IMG/VR virus record: IMGVR_UViG_3300044852_000063
Span: 1-64,000 of that record
Length of the DNA: 64,000 bases
DNA from: a virus
Lineage: Duplodnaviria > Caudoviricetes
Reading direction: 5' to 3' (one strand)
The position numbers were made by a program, and so were the translations under genes. A model generated the notes under the pieces. That model had not been told where the DNA came from and did not search any database. It worked only from the letters and a program-made list of their open reading frames with translations. Of the stretch, positions 8,726-17,779 are shown one piece after another (positions within the stretch are counted from its first letter, which is position 1; the number at the start of each line of letters is the position of its first letter).

Positions 8726-8983
8726 ATGACTGAACGCTACTTCCTGTTCCGCGGTGATGAGGTGGTCTACCGCTGCTCCGAGAACGCCACTGGCTCACTG
8801 GGTGCCGGCGAGAGCCATGCCCATGGCCAAGACGGTGACGTGCTGGTCTGTACCCGGGACAACTGGATACGTGCCTGGCACTGGATCAAACCCGGTACGC
8901 CCATGGAAATGCCCTGGAAGGACATTCCCCCGGAAAAGCTCGACGCCAACAAGTACCGGTTGCTGCTGATGCTGCAAATTTAG
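8726..8983 (+). CDS. hypothetical protein; divergent C-terminal-tag family member 6
   Basis: GAGGA RBS; ends WKDIPPEKLDANKYRLLLMLQI. Confidence 0.7.
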   Translation: MTERYFLFRGDEVVYRCSENATGSLGAGESHAHGQDGDVLVCTRDNWIRAWHWIKPGTPMEMPWKDIPPEKLDANKYRLLLMLQI

Positions 8984-9093
8984 AAGTCTGGAGAAGTTCT
9001 CCCAGAGTTCTCAAAACTTCTATACCGATAAGCTAACTTTCCAAAAATCCATTTTTCGGCGATACACCGCCGGTAACCTAACAGGTGATTTTC

Positions 9094-9498
9094 ATGGCCC
9101 AGAGTAAGCTAACTGACGACCATAAATTGCACATCGGCGAGTGCTACAGCAGCGGTGCCTGGACCCAGGACCGCCTCGCCGAGCTGTATGACGTCAGCCG
9201 CAAGACCATCTACCGCGTGCTCAGTGACCTGGGTCTATTGCAGCCGCGGGAGGATGTGCTTTCGCCGGGCTCCGCCCGGATTGTTGAACTGGTCCGGTCC
9301 CTTGGACTGGATGAACACAGCCTGTATCAGGCGCTGAACCAGCCCGTCCTGAGCCGCGACAATATGGTCGCCGTGCTCGCCAAGATGGAGCTGGCCGACA
9401 TTGAAGTGCTGTTCAACGACGTTGTGCAGCAAAAACACCTCGCCAATCACGGAACTATTCCCAATGAGTCCCAACTCGCCGCTAACCCCGACGCCTGA
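9094..9498 (+). CDS. helix-turn-helix DNA-binding protein
   Basis: WTQDRLAELYDVSRKTIYRVL. Confidence 0.85.
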   Translation: MAQSKLTDDHKLHIGECYSSGAWTQDRLAELYDVSRKTIYRVLSDLGLLQPREDVLSPGSARIVELVRSLGLDEHSLYQALNQPVLSRDNMVAVLAKMELADIEVLFNDVVQQKHLANHGTIPNESQLAANPDA

Positions 9499-9670
9499 GC
9501 TACCACTGCGCGCCGAAAAGATGCCGCTGTACCCGTCCTATCCCTCGATCAGTGAAGCCATCCTGGCGATCGAGGCACAGGCCCCACTCACCACTCCCAA
9601 CCAGGTCTTCGTGGCGCTGATGAGCTACCACAACACCCTGCTGGATCAGATCGAGCGTGAACATGCGTAA
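9464..9670 (+). CDS. small conserved hypothetical protein
   Basis: ATG 9464; ...ALMSYHNTLL, a pattern seen after the HTH gene in N4-like phages. Confidence 0.65.
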   Translation: MSPNSPLTPTPELPLRAEKMPLYPSYPSISEAILAIEAQAPLTTPNQVFVALMSYHNTLLDQIEREHA

Positions 9671-9986
9671 AACCAGTGTGCTGATCCTGTCCCTGTTGGT
9701 ACTGGCCGGCTGCGAGCGCCGTGAGGAATACAGCGAACGTCGCGTGGCCATGGAGGTGATCAACGTCACCTTGAGCAGCAAGACCAACAGCACAGTCGAC
9801 CTGCGTGAGCTGGCCTCCGGCCAGGTGCATCGCCGGCTGCGCTTGAGCTGCAACCGTGACAAGGCCAAGCGCGTGCGCATCGGCAGCCTGTGGGATGTCA
9901 GCGAGGTGACCTACCTCTATCCCGAAAGCAGACGCTTCACCACCCAGATCCTCGGCACTCCCGCCATCTGCGATAAGAGTCAATAA
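9663..9986 (+). CDS. putative lipoprotein
   Basis: MRKTSVLILSLLVLAG-C: signal peptide with LAGC lipobox. Confidence 0.75.
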   Translation: MRKTSVLILSLLVLAGCERREEYSERRVAMEVINVTLSSKTNSTVDLRELASGQVHRRLRLSCNRDKAKRVRIGSLWDVSEVTYLYPESRRFTTQILGTPAICDKSQ

Positions 9987-9988
9987 CC

Positions 9989-10321
9989 ATGGCCACTCAC
10001 CGTGAAACCTTCCCCAAACTCCCCTGGAAACTGGTGCAGGGCGGAGTGACCACCACCAGCGTGGCCGATGCCCATGGCACCGTGATCGCTCGCACTTTCT
10101 GCGACCGCGCCACCAGCCACAAGACCTACAACGAACAGTGGGCACAGGCCGAGAACCTGGCCGACCTGTTCATGCAGGCCCCTGCTTTGCTCGATGCGCT
10201 GAAACTCTGCGTCGAGTCGCTGGATCAGCTATTGCCATACCTGGCCAAGACCCCGGCCGATGTTGGTTTACTCAATGAAGCCCTCTGCGCAGCACGTCCG
10301 CTGCTCACTCATTTTGAATAA
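9989..10321 (+). CDS. hypothetical protein
   Basis: 110-aa ORF with the PW...NA.L...APALL.AL pattern common in phage ORFs. Confidence 0.75.
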   Translation: MATHRETFPKLPWKLVQGGVTTTSVADAHGTVIARTFCDRATSHKTYNEQWAQAENLADLFMQAPALLDALKLCVESLDQLLPYLAKTPADVGLLNEALCAARPLLTHFE

Positions 10322-10333
10322 AGGATTACTCCC

Positions 10334-12331
10334 ATGACTCAGTTCCACAACTTCGCCAAAGCCATCCAGCAACGCTTCGAGCAACTGTCGCAGCACGAGC
10401 TGTTCGTCACCAACCAGGACAAGGACCGCTTGTACCAGGTCTACCTGGATGCGTTCCCAGCCGGCACCAACCCGATCTTCCGTGAGCGCACCGAGCACGA
10501 CTGCTCCTGCTGCCGCCAGTTCCTGAAGAACCTGGCCAACGTGGTGGCCATTGTCGATGGCAAGGTCGAAACCCTGTGGGACTTCCACGTCGACTTCGAG
10601 TACCCGTATGACGTGGTGGCCAACGAACTGCGCGAGTTCACCCTGGATCACCCGATCAGTTCGCTGTTCCGTACCAAGGAACGCAAGTACGGCGCTGAGT
10701 CGAACATCGAGCAGCTCACCGATGGTTCGACCATCGAGTGGAAACACTTCCACGGCACCATCGCCGCCAAGCACTTCCATGCTGAACCCCAGCAGCCAGT
10801 CGGCGACTACAACACCAACGTCGCCATGCTGATCCGCCTGGCCACCGAATTGCAGGTCTCGGCCTTCGATGACGTGCTGGGCATGATCGAAGCCAACACC
10901 CTGTACAAGGGTCAAGAGTTCGAGCGCAGCGTGCGCAATGCCCGTGCCCTGGTGGTGGCCTACAACGCCGCAGACGACAAGTCGGTGTACGCCTGGGCCA
11001 ACGCCTCGAACCCGGCCTGCCGCTTCCGCAACAGCGCCATTGGCACTCTGGTGACTGAGCTGAGCGACGGCATGGACCTGGAAACCGCGGTGGGTCGTTA
11101 CGAGAAGATGGTCGCCCCGACCAACTACAAACGCCCGACTGCCCTGATCACCCCACGCATGATCGAAGACGCGCTCAAGACCGTCGACGAGCTGGGCCTG
11201 CGTGATTCGCTGGACCGCCGCTTTGCTGTGCTGAGCGACGTCTCGGTAAACAACGTGATCTGGGTCGACAACAGCGTGGCCAGCAAAATGAAAGACGGCC
11301 TGGCCACAGCGCTGCTGGACGCCGCGGTGGTGGACAACGGCTATGACCCGAAAAAGGTCGAGCTGATCACCATCCACGACTTCATGGCGCATGTGGTGCC
11401 GAACGTCTCCAGCATCAAGGCGCTGGTGCGCAACGTGCAACAGGGCAACCTGATGTCGCTGACCACCGCAGCCCACCCGGGCGACGACGCGCTGCTGTTC
11501 AAGTGGAACAACGACTTCGCCTGGAGCTACAACGGCAACCTGACCGACTCGATCAAAGAGAAGGTCAAGCGCGCCGGCGGCAACACCAGCGATGACGTCA
11601 AGCTGCGCATCAGCCTCGGCTGGTTCAACAGCGATGACCTGGACATCCACGTCTACGAGCCAAACGGCACGCACATCTACTTCGGCAACAAGGCCGGCAA
11701 GCAGGACGTGGACATGAACGCCGGCTACCACAACAACGCGGTCGACCCGGTGGAGAACGTCAGCTACGTGGCACCGCAAGATGGTGTGTACCGCATCGCG
11801 GTGAATCAGTTCAGCCGCCGCAGTTCCAACAACCCGGGCTTTGTCCTGGAGCTGGAATGCAACGGTGCGCTGCAACAGTTCAGCTACGCCAAACCAGTGA
11901 AAGACACTGTGGTCTGCGGCACGATCGAGTACCGCAATGGCCAGCTGGTCAACGTCAACTTCACCGGTGATCTGGTCGGCGGCAGCGCCAGCCAGGACGT
12001 CTGGGGCTTGAAGACCGAGACCTTCGTCAAGGTCAATAGCCTGATGTTCAGCCCGAATCACTGGGACGGCCAGAGCATCGGCAACAAGCACTGGTTCTTC
12101 ATGTTGGACGGGGCGCACAACGACCAGCCAACCCGTGGCATCTACAACGAGTACCTGAAAGCCGACCTGGATAAGCACCGCAAGGTGTTTGAAGTCCTGG
12201 GTGACAAGACCAAGTGCCCACCGACCGCTGACCAGCTCAGTGGCCTGGGTTTCAGTTCCACCAAGGGCGACAGCCTGATCGTGCAGGTGGCCGGTGCCAA
12301 GCTGCGCAAAACCTACCAAATCAATTTCTGA
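10334..12331 (+). CDS. large conserved phage protein with HDCSCC motif and YfaP/DUF2135-like domain
   Basis: HDCSCCRQFLK; LRISLGWFNSDDLDIHVYEPNG...DVDMNAG...PVENV. Confidence 0.8.
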   Translation: MTQFHNFAKAIQQRFEQLSQHELFVTNQDKDRLYQVYLDAFPAGTNPIFRERTEHDCSCCRQFLKNLANVVAIVDGKVETLWDFHVDFEYPYDVVANELREFTLDHPISSLFRTKERKYGAESNIEQLTDGSTIEWKHFHGTIAAKHFHAEPQQPVGDYNTNVAMLIRLATELQVSAFDDVLGMIEANTLYKGQEFERSVRNARALVVAYNAADDKSVYAWANASNPACRFRNSAIGTLVTELSDGMDLETAVGRYEKMVAPTNYKRPTALITPRMIEDALKTVDELGLRDSLDRRFAVLSDVSVNNVIWVDNSVASKMKDGLATALLDAAVVDNGYDPKKVELITIHDFMAHVVPNVSSIKALVRNVQQGNLMSLTTAAHPGDDALLFKWNNDFAWSYNGNLTDSIKEKVKRAGGNTSDDVKLRISLGWFNSDDLDIHVYEPNGTHIYFGNKAGKQDVDMNAGYHNNAVDPVENVSYVAPQDGVYRIAVNQFSRRSSNNPGFVLELECNGALQQFSYAKPVKDTVVCGTIEYRNGQLVNVNFTGDLVGGSASQDVWGLKTETFVKVNSLMFSPNHWDGQSIGNKHWFFMLDGAHNDQPTRGIYNEYLKADLDKHRKVFEVLGDKTKCPPTADQLSGLGFSSTKGDSLIVQVAGAKLRKTYQINF

Positions 12332-12339
12332 GGTGAACC

Positions 12340-12753
12340 ATGTCTGAAGTGAACATCTACAAAGAAGCATCCCGCCAGGGCCTGCGTTTCCCGTCCATCA
12401 AGGGCACCCTGACCACCGAACAACTGTGGGACATGACCCTGACCAGCCGTACCGGTTTCGACCTGGATACGGTGGCCAAGACGGTCAACGCGGCCTTGAA
12501 GGAAGAGGCCGAAGAGTCGTTCGTGGAGAAATCCACCAACCCGCGCAAAGTCCAGCTGCAACTGATGCTCGACATCCTCAAGGATGTGATCGAGACCAAG
12601 CAGGACTTGGCCAAGGCTGCGGCCAAGCAGAAAGCTAACGCGACCGAGAAGGCCCGCCTGCTCGAAGTGTTGCACGGCAAGAAAGACCAGGAACTTCAGG
12701 CGCTCACCCCGGCTGAAATCCAAGCGCGCATCGACGCCATCGATGCTGAGTAA
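12340..12753 (+). CDS. conserved helical partner of the preceding protein
   Basis: LRFPSIKGTLTTEQLWDM; coiled-coil C-terminus; GAGG RBS. Confidence 0.8.
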   Translation: MSEVNIYKEASRQGLRFPSIKGTLTTEQLWDMTLTSRTGFDLDTVAKTVNAALKEEAEESFVEKSTNPRKVQLQLMLDILKDVIETKQDLAKAAAKQKANATEKARLLEVLHGKKDQELQALTPAEIQARIDAIDAE

Positions 12754-12826
12754 CAGCTGATTGACTGGTGGACCTTCCCTGAGGGTCCATCAGAGTCAAT
12801 CCACTGCCCTACCTGAGGCATTCACC

Positions 12827-13633
12827 ATGAGTACCAGCTCGATCAAGCAAATTGGACGCATCCTCGACATCCATCAAGCCAGTGAAGGCAGCATTCGCCC
12901 GCACTTCACGCTGACTGGACCGTCTGGTTCCGGCAAGTCCCACAACATTGCGCTGCTCTGTGAGATGAAGGACATCCCTGTCATCGAGATCAACGCTGCT
13001 CAGCTGACCAAAGAAGGCACCAGTGGCAACTCACTGTCCAAAGCCTTGACTCCACTGCTGCAACACGGCGGTGCACCGGTGGTGATCTTCGTCGACGAGT
13101 TCGACAAGCTGTTCATCAGCGGTAATACCAACTCTGAGCTGGCTCATGAGACCACCAATGGTGTTCAGAATGAGTTCCTCAAGGTTCTGGAGAGCAATAC
13201 CGCCTCTGTGTTCCACGAGTTCGGCAAATACGTCAACGTGCCGGTCGGTAAGGCGCTGTTCATCTTCGCTGGTGCCTTCAATGGTGAAGAGAACATCGAC
13301 ATCGACCGCTTGAGAGCCTTTGGCATCAAGACTGAGTTCCTTGGCCGGGTTGGACTGACCTTCGCCATGGAGAAAGTCACGTTGGAGCAGCTCAAAGAGA
13401 TCCTCGAGCAGTCTCCACTCCTGGCTGACTACCTCAAGCTGTGTCCTGAGGTGGATAGAAGCGCCGTCACCGGCGCTGTTATGGAAGTGGTGACCGAGTC
13501 ATATGAGAAGAACACCCTTGGTGTGCGACTCATCAATACTCTGCTGCACCAGTACTTCATCAATGGCACGCTCACCAAGGCTGATGCCAAGAAGAGCAGC
13601 TTTCAAAAGACATTGAGCATGCCCCAAGCATAA
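12827..13633 (+). CDS. minimal ClpX/HslU-like AAA+ ATPase
   Basis: GPSGSGKS, IFVDEFDKL, GVQNEFLKVLE, LFIFAGAF, EFLGRV, LGVR. Confidence 0.85.
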   Translation: MSTSSIKQIGRILDIHQASEGSIRPHFTLTGPSGSGKSHNIALLCEMKDIPVIEINAAQLTKEGTSGNSLSKALTPLLQHGGAPVVIFVDEFDKLFISGNTNSELAHETTNGVQNEFLKVLESNTASVFHEFGKYVNVPVGKALFIFAGAFNGEENIDIDRLRAFGIKTEFLGRVGLTFAMEKVTLEQLKEILEQSPLLADYLKLCPEVDRSAVTGAVMEVVTESYEKNTLGVRLINTLLHQYFINGTLTKADAKKSSFQKTLSMPQA

Positions 13634-13679
13634 CTCAGCGTCCTTCAACCATCCTTTAGTGTAACTGTGAGGCTCAATC

Positions 13680-14744
13680 ATGAGTGCAAACCCCAATGGC
13701 CTGGTGGTCAAGATCCAACAAGCCCGTAGCATGATCGAACTGGCCATCCGTGCCGGTTTGGTGCCCATGCTCCACGGCAGTCCTGCCATCGGTAAGTCGT
13801 CGATCATCAAAGCGATCGCCAAGGCCTACAACCTCAAGCTGATCGACCTGCGCCTCAGCCAGTGTGACCCGACCGACCTGATGGGTTTCCCGAAGATCGA
13901 CCCAGTCACCAACCGTGCCGGCTACGTGCCGATGGACACCTTCCCGCTGCGCGGTGATGAGCTACCCTTCCACGAAGACGGCTCCGGCAAGCGCTATGAC
14001 GGCTGGTTGCTGTTCCTCGACGAGATGGGCAGTGCCAACAAGGCGGTGCAGGCAGCCTCCTACAAGGTGGTCCTGGACCGCATGGTGGGCAACTTCCACC
14101 TGCACGACTCGGTAGCCATCTGTGCCGCGGGCAACCTCGACACCGACAACGCCATCACCGAGGAAATGTCCACCGCGCTGCAAAGCCGCCTGGTGCACCT
14201 GCACCTGGTGCTGGACGTCAAGCAATGGCTGGACTGGGCGTTTGCCGAAGGCATCGACCACCGCATCACCTCGTACATTCAGTACAAGCCGGATGCGCTG
14301 TTCACCTTCAAGCCGGACCACACCGACCGCACCTACGCTGCACCGCGGACCTGGGAGTTCATGGACCGGCTGATCAAGACCGATGGTGGCCTGATCAAGA
14401 AGGACCAGATGCCGCTGTACGCCGGGACCATCTCCCAAGGCGTGGCCAGTGAGTTCGTGATTTTCACCGACGTCTACGCCAGCCTGCTCACGGTGCCGCA
14501 GATCATCGCCCGCCCGGACACCATCAATGTGCCCGACGAGCCGTCGATCCTGTATGCGCTGACCGGCACCATCAGCTCGCACATGAACGAGCAGAACGCC
14601 GAAGCCCTGCTGGTGTTCCTCAAACGCATGCCGGTTGAGTTCCAGATCGTCGGCCTGAAAGAGGTGGTGCGCCGTAACAAACCAGCGCTGCAATACCCTG
14701 CTGTGCAGAAGTGGGTCGCCACCTCTGCCATCGAGCTGTTCTGA
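13680..14744 (+). CDS. MoxR-like AAA+ ATPase (N4 gp24-like)
   Basis: GSPAIGKS, IDLRLSQCDPTDLMG, LLFLDE, AAGN, ALQSRL, PRTWE. Confidence 0.9.
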   Translation: MSANPNGLVVKIQQARSMIELAIRAGLVPMLHGSPAIGKSSIIKAIAKAYNLKLIDLRLSQCDPTDLMGFPKIDPVTNRAGYVPMDTFPLRGDELPFHEDGSGKRYDGWLLFLDEMGSANKAVQAASYKVVLDRMVGNFHLHDSVAICAAGNLDTDNAITEEMSTALQSRLVHLHLVLDVKQWLDWAFAEGIDHRITSYIQYKPDALFTFKPDHTDRTYAAPRTWEFMDRLIKTDGGLIKKDQMPLYAGTISQGVASEFVIFTDVYASLLTVPQIIARPDTINVPDEPSILYALTGTISSHMNEQNAEALLVFLKRMPVEFQIVGLKEVVRRNKPALQYPAVQKWVATSAIELF

Positions 14745-15148
14745 TGGCTTTCGTCGACGGTTACCACACCCTCGAACAGATCAGCTGGCCAGTCCCGGTG
14801 CGCCTCGAGGTGCGCCGTTGGCACGCTGATGCCACGGTCACCCAACTGTGCTTCAACTGTGGCTGGCAACGGCCAAGCCAGGCAGTAAAGATCCTCGAAA
14901 CGCAGATACACCAGACACTCGAGGCGTTCAAGGTGAGCCCGGCTTATGCCGAGTTCAAACAGTTCCACGGCAATGTGTGTCTCTACACGGCCAATGCTGA
15001 AAAGCTGCAACCCACCGACGACTTCATCGCGCAATGCCGTGTGGTGGTCGACGCTGAGTACCCCGACTGGACCGAAGTTAACGAGTGGCGTTATGGCTCG
15101 AACGACGACGGCTGGACCGTGCTATTGAAGCGCAAGGAGTCCACCTGA
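14744..15148 (+). CDS. hypothetical protein
   Basis: TGATG coupling at both ends. Confidence 0.7.
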   Translation: MAFVDGYHTLEQISWPVPVRLEVRRWHADATVTQLCFNCGWQRPSQAVKILETQIHQTLEAFKVSPAYAEFKQFHGNVCLYTANAEKLQPTDDFIAQCRVVVDAEYPDWTEVNEWRYGSNDDGWTVLLKRKEST

Positions 15149-15348
15149 TGGACAGCTTTACTGGCGTGCTGATCTGCATTGCGCTGATCTTCATGGCTGG
15201 CTTCGCCGCCGGCCGCTTTCTCCCCATGGGCGATGTCGCCCAGGACATCAACAACAAGGGTGAAGTGGTGATCCGCTCCACCGTCTACCAGTGTCAACCG
15301 TCGGCCAGCATCATCAATGGCCGGCGAGTGCCTCTCCAACTCAACTAA
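15148..15348 (+). CDS. small membrane protein
   Basis: AAGGAG RBS; N-terminal transmembrane helix. Confidence 0.7.
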   Translation: MDSFTGVLICIALIFMAGFAAGRFLPMGDVAQDINNKGEVVIRSTVYQCQPSASIINGRRVPLQLN

Positions 15349-15361
15349 AACGGAAAACAAC

Positions 15362-16246
15362 ATGAAAAAGATCCTGATCATTGGTGCGGGTTTTTTGGCC
15401 CTGGCATCCTCGATGGCCTTCGCGGCGCCGGCTACCTCGCTGAAATTCTGTGCCGGCCTGTCGGGCGGCTTCTACGACAAGCTGGCGAGCGAGATTGGCC
15501 GGACTGTTACACAGAACAGCGGGGTGCCAGTCGAAGTCCTCGAGACTGGTGGCTCCGTCATGAATGCCGAGAAAATGCAGGACAAGTCCTGCGACATCGC
15601 CATCATGCAGGCCGACGTGGCCATGAATCTCGGGCTGCGGGACGCCGAGTTCACCGATGCGCACACCGAAACCGTGTTCTGGCTGCACGGCGCCAAGGGC
15701 GTCGACGACTTCGGCAAGATGGAAGACGACTCGAACGCCAAGCGCTTCGCCGTTGCCACCGTGCGTGGTAGCGGGGCCGCGGTCACCGTCAACAACTGGG
15801 TGAAGACCGACAAGGACTACGAAGGTGTGCGCATCGTCGAGATGGAAGACTGGGCCGAGGTGGCGAAAGCCGTGAGCCAGGGCTATGTCGTTCGTTCCGG
15901 TGAGCGCTTCGAGATCGCCGGCACCCTGTACATCGGTCGTTCCGTGTCCACCGACATCAGCGAAGACTTCGCCAAGACCATCCTGGTCGGCGAGGTCAAC
16001 GATGATTCGTTCGCCGGGGCCAAAGACGCCAACGCCAACCCGCTGTACAGCCACTGCTCCGTGGTCAAGGCTCAGCGTTCTGGTTTGGGGACGTCGACCA
16101 TCACCGACCCGGACACCTACTGCCTGACCGCGCAGATCGTCTTCAACAACGAAGCGGTCGCCGGTATGGCCAAGGACGATGCCAAGAAAGTGCGCAAGGC
16201 CGTGGCCAAGGGCATCAACAGCACCGTCAAGCTGGTTCGTCAGTAA
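15362..16246 (+). CDS. TAXI-TRAP-like periplasmic solute-binding protein
   Basis: Signal peptide (AFA-A); GLSGGFY, ETGGSVMN, DIAIMQADV, GSGAAVT motifs. Confidence 0.75.
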   Translation: MKKILIIGAGFLALASSMAFAAPATSLKFCAGLSGGFYDKLASEIGRTVTQNSGVPVEVLETGGSVMNAEKMQDKSCDIAIMQADVAMNLGLRDAEFTDAHTETVFWLHGAKGVDDFGKMEDDSNAKRFAVATVRGSGAAVTVNNWVKTDKDYEGVRIVEMEDWAEVAKAVSQGYVVRSGERFEIAGTLYIGRSVSTDISEDFAKTILVGEVNDDSFAGAKDANANPLYSHCSVVKAQRSGLGTSTITDPDTYCLTAQIVFNNEAVAGMAKDDAKKVRKAVAKGINSTVKLVRQ

Positions 16247-16252
16247 CAGCTG

Positions 16253-16279
16253 AAATCACCCCGTGACTGGGGTGATTTT
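16253..16279 (+). terminator. intrinsic terminator
   Basis: AAATCACCCC-GTGACT-GGGGTGATTTT. Confidence 0.75.
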
Positions 16280-16385
16280 GGGGATGGTTCATGGCACTTC
16301 ACCTGTGCGTTTGGCCAACTGCGTCACAGCTGTGAACCATCCACCACAATCACCTTATTCATTGCGCCTATTAGAGGTCGTTCCC

Positions 16386-16655
16386 ATGGCTACTCCCCGT
16401 TCTATTTCCGCCACCCTGTACCGTGGCCGCAGCAAAGAGAAAGTCTGGACCCGTTACTATAATTGGATGGACACCGCCATGCCGCGGGCAGTGGCCTTGG
16501 CCATCCAGACCGGCGTCGACGGTGACGTAGTGGAATTTGCCAGCACCGAGCTGGGTTTCCAGATCGGCGTGCTGCATGTGCGCTCCAAAAACCGTGTCGA
16601 GCTGGAGTATTCTCCCCTGGTGCGCAGCAGCCCGGCGCTGTTACGCCTGATTTAA
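16386..16655 (+). CDS. hypothetical protein
   Basis: GAGG RBS; ATG 16386. Confidence 0.7.
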   Translation: MATPRSISATLYRGRSKEKVWTRYYNWMDTAMPRAVALAIQTGVDGDVVEFASTELGFQIGVLHVRSKNRVELEYSPLVRSSPALLRLI

Positions 16656-16665
16656 GGACTGTCCC

Positions 16666-16980
16666 ATGGACCTGCAAGACCTGGCTTACCTGCAAGCCGA
16701 GCTGGCCCAAGCCCAGCAGCAGGGCACCAAAATGTTGTTGGTCCGAACCACGGAACTGCAATCACTGATCAGCTCGGTCAAAGAGCTGATGAAACTGCCC
16801 AAACAACCCGTGAAGATCCTCGGCTACGCCCGCAGTGGCGAAGTGCAGATGTTCAAACACGCCAAACTGATGACCATGCGCGTGCGTCGGCTGCCCAATG
16901 AGTGGACCGACCAGGCCGTTTATGTTGATCCACGAGGGATCACTTATGAACCAGAAAGCCCAGTACTACCTGTCCAGTGA
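16666..16980 (+). CDS. hypothetical protein
   Basis: AAGGA RBS. Confidence 0.7.
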   Translation: MDLQDLAYLQAELAQAQQQGTKMLLVRTTELQSLISSVKELMKLPKQPVKILGYARSGEVQMFKHAKLMTMRVRRLPNEWTDQAVYVDPRGITYEPESPVLPVQ

Positions 16981-17302
16981 AGCCCTCCCCGAGAAGGAAG
17001 TGACTGAGCAGGAATTCATCAAAGCCGAGCGTGCCGCCGGCTTCCGTTCCAAATTCGGTCCTGACCATGTTGCCACCGGCGGTTTCACCGGCGCGGGCAT
17101 GCACGGCCGGGTAGTCTACGTCGATCCCGACGTGCCTGAACCCGTGCTGGAGGCTGGTGAAGAAGACCAGCGCCGCAGTGACCACATCTTCTACACCCGC
17201 CAGTTGCTGGCGCGGGCGGCCAAGGTGATGGAAGTTGAGCCGGAGTCCATCTCCTGGTTTGACGTGGTCGGCTGGATGGAAGAACACCACGGTGTGAAAT
17301 GA
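16946..17302 (+). CDS. hypothetical protein
   Basis: ATG 16946; FIKAERAAGFR...ATGGF. Confidence 0.7.
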   Translation: MNQKAQYYLSSEALPEKEVTEQEFIKAERAAGFRSKFGPDHVATGGFTGAGMHGRVVYVDPDVPEPVLEAGEEDQRRSDHIFYTRQLLARAAKVMEVEPESISWFDVVGWMEEHHGVK

Positions 17303-17604
17303 AAACCCATGTCCGCTGCCGTGGCTGTGGTCGTCGCAAGTACCTGCCCAAAGCCCCCGGTGAATACCTGGTCCAGCCCGAGTGCGCCACCTGTGGTGAG
17401 CGCAACTGGCGAGTGGACGCCTGGAAAAATCACCCGGCCAACAAGCACGTCTGCGAAGGCACCTGCCGTCACTACCCGCACCGCCGTGGCAGCCTGAAGT
17501 GTTACTACAACGCCGACGGCACCGACAAACCCACCGAGCAGTTGTACCAGGAGCTGTATGGCGAACTCGACGAGCAACAGTCCGGGTCCCCCGGAATGTA
17601 TTGA
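17299..17604 (+). CDS. Cys/His-rich zinc-binding hypothetical protein
   Basis: CRGC, CATC, YPHRRGSLKC. Confidence 0.7.
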   Translation: MKTHVRCRGCGRRKYLPKAPGEYLVQPECATCGERNWRVDAWKNHPANKHVCEGTCRHYPHRRGSLKCYYNADGTDKPTEQLYQELYGELDEQQSGSPGMY

Positions 17605-17779
17605 GCAGGCCAGTGCCACCAAGTACAACGCCTGCCGCATTTATGGCCGGATCACTGCCTTCGGCGTGACCTATATCTACATCAAGGACCTGGACGTGCT
17701 GATCCGACAGGACCTCTACCCCGCCTTCAAACTGCTGCGCAAGCAGGGAGCCCTCGATGCCTTTAAACAACCCGATTGA
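17558..17779 (+). CDS. hypothetical protein
   Basis: AGGAG RBS. Confidence 0.6.
   Translation: MANSTSNSPGPPECIEQASATKYNACRIYGRITAFGVTYIYIKDLDVLIRQDLYPAFKLLRKQGALDAFKQPD

Noticed and set aside
10268-12370. Long antisense ORFs (700 aa here; also 33571-35550, 49075-50796, 53674-55533, 59704-61656)
   Set aside because: They are shadow frames opposite well-supported genes with strong GC3 bias, and have no motifs or RBS.
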